DNA of 63,623 nt, counting the filler, from Reclinomonas americana ATCC 50394 (taxonomy: Eukaryota), in NCBI GenBank assembly GCA_048213135.1. It is 5 parts of 2 records of this genome, joined end to end, with 100 filler letters (N's around TTAATTAATTAA, not from the genome) between each part and the next. Parts side by side here need not be neighbours in the genome. Positions count along the whole stretch, not along the records: positions 1 to 16,307 come from PS015181.1; 4 more parts are not named here. One strand, written 5' to 3'. Position 1 is the first letter of the stretch. Each line of letters opens with the position of its first letter. This document shows positions 1 through 10,468 of the stretch, piece by piece. The notes beneath the pieces are model-generated. The model saw only the letters and a program-made list of their open reading frames with translations, searched no databases and had not been told where the DNA came from. A program made the translations under genes and the position numbers.

Positions 1-1
1 C

Positions 2-83
<82 letters not shown>

Positions 84-150
84 ACTCACTCACTCACTCA
101 CTCACTCACTCACTCACTCACTCACTCACTCACTCACTCACTCACTCCCC
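1..150. repeat. Compound microsatellite (CT)n(CA)n(CACT)n, intronic
   Basis: Directly visible. Confidence 0.95.
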
Positions 151-190
151 CTGTCCCTCTCACTCCCTCCCTCCCCCCTCCCTCACTCAC

Positions 191-678
191 CTCCCAGGCG
201 ACCCCACACCACCACCACCACCAACAACATGCCCTCTCATCGCCTGCTGCTGCTGCAAAGGCGGCAAATGCACTGGCGTGGAGATCATCGGCCCATGAAT
301 GGAATGATGATGCGGATGATGATGATGATGATGATGCCGCTGCGGCGGTGGATGTTGCTGTTGGTAGTGAATCGGGTGTAAAGGGTGATATAAAGGCAAG
401 GGAAAGCTGGGTGGCGCGCGACTAGGTTGTTGTTGTTGCTGAGGAGGAGGTGAGGCGACTAGTGGTGGAGGTGGAGGCGCAGGTTGTTTGTCGAGAGAGA
501 CGCGCGCGGGGTGGTTGAGGATGGTGCCGGTGGAGGAGAGTGGTGAGGCGATGACTGGTGGAGGTGGAAGTGGTGGTGGAGCGGCTTGCACTGGTTGTGG
601 TGGTGAAGGAGGTGGTGGTTGTTCTGGTGGTGGTGGTTGTTGTTGTTCTGGTGGTGGCTTGCGGCAGCAAGCGCCCAT
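191..678 (-). CDS. First exon of a Pro/Gln/His-rich protein starting MGACC (possible myristoylation plus palmitoylation); gene continues beyond the window start
   Basis: ATG at 678 gives MGACCRKPPPEQQQ; open frame to an AG|GTGAGT donor at 191/190, followed by a microsatellite-filled intron. Confidence 0.7.
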
Positions 679-973
679 TGTGGTGAGAGGAAAGCTCCAC
701 ACTCGCCGAGAATGTGATTACAACGTTTGTCCGTTGATTTTTTATCGACGTCATGATTTGTTCGAGATGTGGGTGTGTGGTGGTGGGGATTGGAGCTGGT
801 GGCGGTGGGTAGGTGGTGTGTGTGGGGAAGTGGTGTGGTGTAGTAACGCGGTGGGTGTTGCTTTGTGCAGGCTGGTGGGGATACCGCGACGTTACCGTAA
901 ATATATTATACGACGTCGCTAAAGTTTACATACGCAACTGCCCCTTCCCATTCCATTCGATTGCTAACGGCTA

Positions 974-3900
974 CTAGAAGCGCATAGCAGCGTCAGTGAT
1001 AGCCTGGCATCCCTCCGGCGTGAGATCTGTGCAACGCATGTCACCGATCTGTGTGTTGTGCTCACGTACGTACATGCACTGCGAATACTCACTTGTCTTG
1101 GCGTTTTTCTCAGCCACAGGAACAAAATAGACCCCCTCAACTGTCGGCACCACTGCAGGCACCAGCAACTCGCGCGCCGCCTGGCCTGCAAAGTCCTTGT
1201 CGGTCGCAGCCACCAAGACCACCAACACCGAGCGACGTCGTTCATCCTTGAAGTCCACTGCATCGTGTCGCATGAGAACCATGGACACGCGCTCTCTTGA
1301 CCCCACAATCTGCACTACTCACCTTTGCGTGCTTCGGCAATTGCGCGTATCGTCTCCGCGTCGATCGTGTCAACCACCAGCATGACTCCGTCACTCGTGT
1401 CAATAGGGTTCACAACCTCGCTCCAGTCCGGCGCCCAGCCCTTTCCAGACAGCATTGTGAGGTACACTTGCACAGCCGAGAACAGTTCCAGCTTTCGACC
1501 ACTGGCGCCGACCACGGTGCCGTTGATTACGCGCACGGTTTTGGAAACCTGCAGCGGCAAAGCGCTGCTCGCTGCCGCTGAAAAAGAACGTGAACGCGTC
1601 GATCTGTCGTCGCGGTCGGCCATGGTGGCACTGTTGGCGAGAGAGAGCTGCCCACTAAGCCTCTTGCAGGTGTCGCTGAGAGCAGCATATTCTTGTGCAG
1701 CTCGCTCGAGTTGTTGGCGAAGGGCGGTACAGTCTGCAGTCAAATGCTTGCATTTCGCCACCGAGTCCGCCAACCTCGCATTGACTTGCTCGAGTTCTCC
1801 AGTCAAGTTGTCGATGCGGATGTTGGCGTTCTCGAATTGCTGTTGGAGGCGGTCTCGGTCGGCAGTGGTAGAAGTCAAATTGTTGGTGAGTTGATCGCGG
1901 TCCGCCGTGGCAACGTCAAGCTGCTGTTTAAGCTGGCCACAGGTTGCTTCGGCGGCGCCAAGCTCGACAGCTGACAAGGCCAGCAACGACTCTCTCTCGT
2001 CAAGACGGGAGATATTGACTCTCAGCTGTTCAGTTGCACTGTCGAGCTCCAGCTTGGTGTCGTGGTGCGCAGCCGCCTCCTCCTCCAGCTGCCTCTTCGT
2101 AATGTTGTGGTGTTCCTCTTCGGCCAAGGAGGCTGCGCGGCTGGCATCCAACTCACCCTGGAGCTCATCGCGATGCTGAGTTGCTGTAGTCAATGCCACT
2201 CGAAGCTGCATCATCTGCTTGCGAGCCTCCACAATTTCGGCCTTCAGTGAGTCGATTTCGAATTCGACACGTTCAAGCGCCTTCCATCGACGCTCCACTC
2301 GCGCGACAATGTCCGAGAGGCTGAGTGCTTGCTGGCGATCCTGCTCCGGCAACAGTGCCGTCAGTGCGGCAGTTATCAGTTCGTGCTGCTCCTTGAGGCC
2401 TTCCCGCGACTCCTCCAGTCGCTGCAGCGCATCCATGTCGCGACGCTCTGCCGACGGCAAACCAAGCAGCTGCTCCTGCAGGTGGACGGTAGGCTCAATA
2501 ACCTGACGATGGATATGTTGCAGCAATCGTTGAAGTCGCACTGAGGCGTCTGCATCCGGTGCTGGTGTCGTCGTCGTTGCACAAGCATAAGCAGTTTCGT
2601 ACGCAGCAATTGTTGCGACAATCCGCGTCAAACACTCAAGATGGGCGTCCGCAAGGCTCTCGGTAAGCTTGCTGTCCAGTTGCTGGCGTGCTGTGTCGAG
2701 TGCCACACGCAGTCGCGACTCCAGTTCGCATTGATCGTCAGTTGATGCATCGGAGACTGTGTGCGAAGCCGCCGCTTGCCAGCGCTCCAGATCCACCTCC
2801 GAACTGAAGTCGAGTCGCGCCAGTCGATCCAAGGCGCACAAGAGCAGCGCGCCGCGTTCCTCCATCATCGACTTGTTGGTGAGCGCAGCGCGCTCCCAGT
2901 CGCGGGCGGCGGTCTGGAAGGCGTCCCCCGTATTGGCGTTGCCGATACGTGCAGTTTGCGGACGATCGTCGTCTTGCAACGCCGTGCGCTGATGCTGAAG
3001 CTGATCCGCTCGTGCCTTTTCCTTTGCCGCGCGCCTCTCGGCAGTCGACAGTTGATCCATTAGCATGGCAACCTGAGCTGTAAGTGTGGAGTTGAACTTG
3101 TCCAGAGTAGCGGCGTGACTGGCCTCTCCACGAAGGACGTCAACGTGTCGCAGAAGTTGGGTTGCCCTTGCTTCGAGTTCGCGGTTGCTCGTGTTTGCGT
3201 CCTCGAAACGCCGTACCACTTGTTGCACCTCGACCTCCTTGGCCGCCAGCGTTGCTGTCAGCAGCCCAATCTGCTGTCTTGCGGCGGCAAGTTGTTGCAT
3301 GGCACCATGGTGCTGCCGAAGCAGCTCGCTGTTCTCTGACGTCGCTGAGCCGCAGGCAGCGGGTTCGCGACGCATGCTGTCGCGCTCTTCGGAAAGCTCG
3401 GCAATCTTGCTCCTCAACTGGACCACCACCTCCTGCTGCTGGTCGATGTCGGAGACGAGTCGCTCCAGAGTTTGGCACAATGGTGCTTCTGCGTAGATGC
3501 CGAAACTGTTGCGGCACTTCAGAAGCAGCTCACGTACTCGTGACTGCATGTCGCGTGGCGTGCCGTTTGCGGCGACGGGCTCAGAACCTGCAGCGGTACT
3601 CGACCGAGAAGATGTTGGTTGTGCAGCTGCCGCAAGACGGGCACACTCGGCGTCCACTCGATCGCGATCCGCTTGACCGAGGATTCGTTGCTGAGCCGCC
3701 CGCAGGATACTAAGCTGGTTGTCCCGCTCCGTCACCATCCGGCACGCCTCTTCCGCCGTCTGCTGCCACTCGGCGGCCTGCTTCTCCAGAACTCGCACTT
3801 GATTGGCACGCTCGGCCAGCATCCGGTCCTTCTCGTCTCGCCCTCGCTTGTGATGGCCAGTTTGCATGGCCAACACATCCTTCTCGCAATCGCTCTCGCC

Positions 3901-4465
3901 CTCTGATGCCAACAAGGGGGGTGATCGCGGTGGAACAACCAGCCGATTGACTTGCCATCCGAGGTGCGCATCCGTTACAATGTCATGTTGCGAGCTCAGT
4001 CGTACCTCTTCCTTGCCAGTCTGGTCGACAATTATGAACTGCGCGCGTTGTGTGATGGGCGAAGATGAGCAAACAAATGTAACACAGCACTCTCCGCCCA
4101 GTGAAGCACGCGGGCACATCTGCAAGCATATTTGTATGCACCATCACCACACAACCAATCGAACACTCACCATGAAACGCCGATCTCCGCAGTCAAGGTT
4201 TACGTCAACTGCCCATCGCTTCTCGATCTCGTCGTATGAAACCGACTTGATGCCTGTGGGGAGCTCCTGGCCCAAGGTGAACTGCGGCCACTTGCCAGTC
4301 TTCACATCCTTGACAACAAGGAACACTGGAAGATGGAGGCACGGGCGTAAGATGTGAGGGTGAAAGTCAATTCTCGGTAACTAAAAAGCGTGGGCAAGTA
4401 CCTTTGCTGATTGGTGTCCGTTGATCCTCGCACCTGCGCTTGTACACTAGTAACACACGCACCAT
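974..4465 (-). CDS. Family gene A: CBM48-like N-domain + coiled coil + alpha/beta C-terminal domain type 1 (about 1050 aa)
   Basis: Exons 4465-4402, 4325-4171, 4038-1323, 1257-1093, 1026-974; all GT-AG with consistent phase; exons 1 and 2 (64 and 155 nt) match genes B and C in length; ends NLTPEGCQAITDAAMRF*. Confidence 0.85.
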
Positions 4466-4782
4466 TCTCGTCTCCTCGCCGGCCAACAAAAAGAAAGATT
4501 TCTCTGACACTAACCTGTCGTCTTGTCCGAATTCGCGATTTCCGGCAGGAGCAACCGACGGCAGTTCTAAGGTGTTGTCAGGCGCTGTTTCGGGTGCAAT
4601 GAGTCGCTGACCACGTACTGTGGGGTGTAAAAGTGCATCCCTCCCAAAGAAGCTAACAAGAGAAACACAATTCTGCAGAAAAATGCGTGATTAGCTACAT
4701 GACAACATTGCCAATGCTGGCGCCAGGAAAGACAAAATGCACCATTCACAACAACTCCACCAACAGTCCCTTCTCCGCATCC

Positions 4783-7700
4783 TCAGAACCACATTGCAGC
4801 CTCCGAGAGAGCAGCTCGTCCATCGTCAGTCAGCTTGTCTGCAACGCACGCAGCAAGTTAAGACTCCACCTCGCCCACACACCCATTCCCCATCGCCACT
4901 CACTTGTCTTGCCATTGTTCTCCACCTGCACAAAGAACACTTGCTGCACTCGCGACGCCAGTGACTCGCGTGCCGCCGCAATATCGAAATCCCTCGGCAC
5001 CATGACCACCAGCACGGACCGACGACGTGCATCCATCAAGTCCACTGCACAGCAATTCAGCACCTTTGCTTCTCTATCCCTTCCTCTTCTCCTGTCACCA
5101 CTCACCTGCAAACTCGGCCATCATGTTCTCCACATCCACCACCAGCATGATGCCGACGGTGGAGTCGGCTGGAATCGCACTGTCGCTCCAGTCCGCCGCC
5201 CAGCTCTTGCCAGGCAGCATGGTGAGGTACACCTGCACGGCTGACAGCGACTCGGAGTTGCGATTGGAGGTGCCGTTGATCACTCGGACCGTGGTGACGG
5301 AGGAAAGTCGTCGAGTGTAGTGAGTCGGGGTCGAGCGTGAAGGCAGAGCGTCGCTGCCGGCAGCCGCTGAGACAATGGAAGGTGGTGGAGTCGGCCTGTC
5401 GGCATCGTCGCCGTTCCTGAGGCCATCGAGCTCGGCAGTGGCATTGGCGAGCTGTTGTCGAAGGCGCTCACAGTTGGCGCGGAGCTCATCGCACTGCGCA
5501 GTCAGCAAGACAGAGGAGGTCACCTGGTTTCTGAGTTGCTCGTATTCCGCAGTGAGTCTGCCGCTGTTGAAGATGGCATTGGCGAGTTGCTGTCGAAGAG
5601 TGTCCCGGTCCAGGCTGAGATGATTGCGCTCCACAGTGAGGGTGTTGATGGTGTCCTTGGCAGTGGCGAGTTCTTGATTGAGCTGGTCGCGAGACTGGGA
5701 GAGGATGCCGTTGGCGCTGGTGGCCTTGGTCAGCTCGACATTGAGTCTCTCGAGTTCCACCTTGTCGAGGTTGCGCGCCGCCGTTTCGTCGTCCACCTGG
5801 TGCTTGGTGATGTTGTGACTTTCGACTTCCGCGTCGAATTTCCGCTCCGCGACAAGTGTGGCGGCGCGCTCGGCGTCCAGTTCGTGTTGCAAAGCATCCA
5901 GGTGCTGAGTGGCCGATGTGCAGGCTTGCTGAAGCTGATCGACCTGCTTCTTGAGTTGTTGAGCTTCCTCGTTCGACTCATGCAACGCCTCCAGCAGTCT
6001 CTCGCATTCGTCCAGCCGCTCCTGTACCGCTCCCATCAAGGTGCCACACTGAGCCTTCCAGTAGTCGATGCAAGCGCGCGCGGCTTGTTCCAGGTCTGCA
6101 ACAGTGCGGTCCACTCGTTGTTGCTGCTGTTGTTGATCTGGCGTGTTCTCCGCAAAGTACTGGCACAGCTTGTCAGCAGTCTCGACAAGTCGATCCACGT
6201 CAGCAAGCGCCTTGTCGCGCTGCTGAACGACGCTGGCGATGGCCTCCTGCACATTCACCTCGCCGTCACTGGCACCGAGTTGGAGAGTGGAAACAATCTG
6301 CGCGAGATCCGGCAGCTTGCTCTCCATATGCTGACGTGCAGAGCCCAGTGCCTCTTGGAGTCGCGACTTGAAGTCGAAGTGGTCGTCAGTCGAGGCAGCG
6401 TCCTCCGCTGCAGTGGATCGCCAGTGCTGCAGGTCCACCTCCGGGTTGAAGTCAAGGTTCCTCAGTCGTTCCAGGGCGCACATGAGCAGAGCGCCGCGTT
6501 CCTCCATCATCGACTTGTTGGAGATGGCAGCGCGTTCCCAGTCACGGGCCGCGGTCTGGAAGGCCTGATTTGCCGCTCTGAGCTCATCCACGGCATTGCG
6601 GAGCTCGATGAGATTCGATTCCGCTTGGTTGTGGTCATCCTGCAACAACTTGAATCGATGTTGCAAATCGTCCGCTCGCGCCTTCTCCGCTGCCGCCCTG
6701 TTGGAGGCGTCTGCAAGCTGGTCCGCAAGCGTGTCAACTTGAACCAACAGAGTGGCGTTGAACTCTTCCAGAGTTACGGCGCGACTCGTCTCGCCGCGAA
6801 GCTCGTCAACCTGGCGCTGAAGTTGATGGACTTGCTGCTGTAGTTCGCTGCATCGAGCTTCCGAGGAGGTGAACCGTCGCGTCACCTGCTCGACAGCTGC
6901 CTCTTTTGCCAGAATGGCTTGACTTGTGGCCTCCAGAGTTGCAGTGAGCGATCCGATCTGCTTGTTGGCTACGACCAGCTGTTGCGAAGCCTCACCGTAC
7001 CGGCGAAGCAGCTCGCCGCTTTCCGACGGTGCCGACGTTCGGCTCGCCAGCTCACCGCGCAGGCTGTCGCGCTCTTTCGAGATGCTGACCAGAGTCGTGT
7101 TGAGGTCCTCGCAACGGCGCTGCTGGTGTTGAATCTCCGCAAGCTGCCGGTCGTGGGCCTCGACAAGGCCCTCGACTACACGGCGCAAGGCAAATTCGTT
7201 CAATGAGCTGCCAGTGCGGCATTGACGAATGAGCTCGCCAACACGTGTGTGCAAGTCGCGCGGAACGCCTTCTGCATCGACAACCTCGAAGCCGGCGGGA
7301 GCTTGCAGCTGTCCAAGTGGCTCCGATACCGGTTCTGGCTGTGACGGGTTCGGCGTCGACGTCTGCGTCGGCGCCGCGGTACGCAGGCGCTCAAGTTCAA
7401 TTGCCAGGATGTCTCTGTCGGAACGCAGTTGATCACGCTCCTCCTTCAGACTGCGGTTGTCAGCCTCCAAGAAAGCCACCTTGTTGCCGGATTCGGCAAG
7501 TCTGCGGTTCTCGGCCCTCAGATGGACCAACTCGTCTTCGCGATTTCTCGTCATCAGGTAGGCTTCGTCTGCTACGGCGCGCAGCTCGGCGACTTGGTCC
7601 TCCAAACCCCGCACCTGGTCGTCTCGCTCAGCCACCATGCGGCCGTACTCCTCCACTGAAGCAGCTAGTCTTAGACGTTCAGCCTGAACAGAATCCAATT

Positions 7701-8127
7701 GGCTCAGCAGCTCGTCTACGTGCACGGCGTATTCGTCTCGGTCGTACTCAGCCGCGACTCGATGCTTGTACTCGTCATCCCAGGTTTTCTTGCGCGGGGC
7801 TGCAACCAACAGTCGGTTGACCTTGTAGCCGAGATGTTCATCCATGACAGAGTCGTACTGCTTGCTCACACGCCACTCTTCCTTGTTGGTGTCGTTGATG
7901 ACAAGGAACTGCATCGTGCAAAACCAGAAACAAATGTCAGCAAAAAGCCTCGAGCTTCACTGCAAAGGAGCTGCACGCACCAAATGGAGATGCAACAACA
8001 AACAAGTACAGAGTGACATGCACAAATCATCTCATGAACTCTCTCTCTCTCTCTCAGTCTTTCACACACACTCACTCACTCTTTCCCTTTTCTTCTCTTA
8101 CTCACTCACTTACACGCACACGCACAC

Positions 8128-8187
<60 letters not shown>

Positions 8188-8474
8188 ACTCACCAGGAAC
8201 CGTCGATCGCCGATGTCGAGATTCACATCAACAGTCCACTTCTTCGACGCCTCGTCAAAGAAAACTTCTTTGACACCAAGGGGTAGTAGCTGACCAAAGG
8301 GAAACTGCGGCCACTTCCCTGTCGCGAGATCCTTGATGTAGACAAACACTGCAAGCCATGATTGAGCTGCAAGCAGCACACTTATTGTTCTGGGGAGCGA
8401 GCTCACAAACCGCGCTTGTTGGACGTTTCTGGGTCATTGCGCATGCGCTTGTACTCCAGAGTCACACGCACCAT
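4783..8474 (-). CDS. Family gene B: CBM48-like N-domain + coiled coil + C-terminal domain type 1 (about 1072 aa)
   Basis: Exons 8474-8411, 8348-8194, 7908-5106, 5044-4904, 4838-4783; shares AFQTAARDWERAA..NKSMMEERGALL.CAL.RL with A and a similar segment with C; ends NKLTDDGRAALSEAAMWF*. Confidence 0.85.
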
Positions 8475-8640
8475 CGCGCTCTCCTCACCGATCACCAGAA
8501 AATGTCAGACGGACGAATGAATGCCGTCCGCGACCATTCCCGGCAAAACGCGACACGTGACTGTCGCCCGCCGCTGCTTGCAATTGTTGGCTGGACTTTG
8601 CTTCATCTCCACCCTCCAAACCAACAAAACTCATGATCAT

Positions 8641-10468
8641 TCACTGCGACGACGCCATCCTCCCTGCCTCCAAATCCCGATCCTCACCTCTCTCCCCTTC
8701 TCCCCCTCCACTCGCCACCACCACCACCTCCTCCTCCACCCTCTCCGCCACCCCCTGCAACGCCTGCTTGCACACCGGCACCAAACACTGCCCACAGAAC
8801 TCGCCCAGCTCCTTCTTCCCCGTGTTCCCAATCGCCTGCCACCACCACCACCGCTTGTCAGCACCTTTCCTCCTCCCCCTCCTTTTCTCCTCCGCCCCCC
8901 TTCCCCAACGCAACTCTCTCGCCCGTCCGCTGATTCTTCTCCACATGCACAAACCCAAATCGATCGTCAAACCGCACCGCCTGCCGCTCCAACTCCACCG
9001 GATCCTCCGTGCTCGTCTTGGTCACCCCGTAGCGCATGCTCGACGCCATGCTCACCAGATCCTCCGTGCCGTTGCTCGGCAGCACCAGCAAGACGACAAC
9101 GCGAGGGTCGTCGGTGTTGACTGCGACGAGGAGGAGTCAAACTCAGCTGTCGAAAACGCCTTCATCCTGGAAGAAGTGCTCACCTCCCCGCCGTTGCGCA
9201 GCCTCCCGAATGTCGGCCGGATGTACGCGCGTCTCCATCGGGTGGCACACCACAATGCAGTGATGGCGCTCGTCGTGGGCGTCAACGACTTGCGAGGCGT
9301 CGGAGACACAGGTAATGTTGACGCGCAACATTGGCCGTTCGCGCTGTCCGTACGCGCCGACCACGGGCGTCAGCGCGTGGTGCACCATGGTGACGAGCGA
9401 CTCGTCTTGCCGGCGCTGCTGTGGTTGCGACGGCGGGGCCGCGGCGGTGGACAGCAGCAGCACCGACACGTTGGTTATCGGCACCGGAGGCCGAAGTGGT
9501 CGCAGTGGACTCGGATCCGAGAAACAACACAGTCGTACGTCGACGTTGTCGGGCGCAGCTGGCGTGCCGACGGATTCGGAAGACGACGGTCCGTCCACAG
9601 CTGGTGTGGATGCGGGGCTACCAATGGCTGGTGGTGATGCAACGCTGTCGACGACCGGTGTCACGAACCTATCGCTCTCCAGTACCGCCGTGGCACAGTG
9701 GTCCTTCATCGACCCCACCTCCTTGCGCAAGTCGCCAATGCCACCCAGGACTCGCTGAATAAGTTGGGCGTTCAGCTGTTCCAGTACATGTATCCGTGCC
9801 TCCTGAGTCTGCAGTTTTTCTAGGAGATTCTGGTTCGCCTTCTCACGCTCGTCGGCCGCCAGCACGAGTTGCTCACTGAGTTGCCGACGGAGCTCGGCGT
9901 AGCGCAGCTCCAGCACGTGAATCCTAGAGTCGTTTTCCTCCTTCTGAGCCTGCAATTCGGCTTGACCAGCATGGTACGCCTGCTCAAGGTCGCTGATTGA
10001 CTGTGCGGCAGAGGCGGCCTCCAGCGTGTGTCGACTCTCCTCTCCCTGCAGCTCGCGAATCCGCTCCACGGCAACTTTACAGGCAAGGTCAAATAGACGT
10101 GGAAAATCTCGAACCAAGAATACCGTCGTTTCGACAACGTCCTCTGCGTCTCCCGACGGCGGCACTCCTACAGCAGAGTCGAATTCGTATCGATGGCTAT
10201 CAACACCAAGAATGTCTGCCGTGTTTGCCAGTATGTTGTCGATCTTGCGGCTTGCATCGTCGATTTCCCAGGCAATGCGTGCCACTGGGTCAGCGGCAGC
10301 AGCGGATCCGGATGAGCTTCCTCCGCTTTGTGTGACGATGCGGCTGCCACCCTTCATAGGCTGCGCATTCGGCATCAACACTGTAGCAATGGTGTCGACT
10401 GCGTCGTCATTGCAAGCACCCGCACGTGATCGATTTCGTTTCGAATTCCGGCTGAACAATGCTCCCAT
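8641..10468 (-). CDS. Family gene E: short coiled coil + alpha/beta C-terminal domain type 2 (up to about 561 aa; start uncertain: 10468, 10375 or 10357)
   Basis: Exons (10468)-9184, 9120-8915, 8835-8641; HHCIVVCHPMETRVHPADIREAA matches gene C HQCVVYCHRAETRVTPVEIRDSA; same intron positions as C. Confidence 0.75.

Noticed and set aside
5455-6843. Long plus-strand ORFs antisense to the coiled-coil genes (also 38586-39242, 44063-45136, 49021-50092)
   Set aside because: Antisense shadows of GC-rich coding exons
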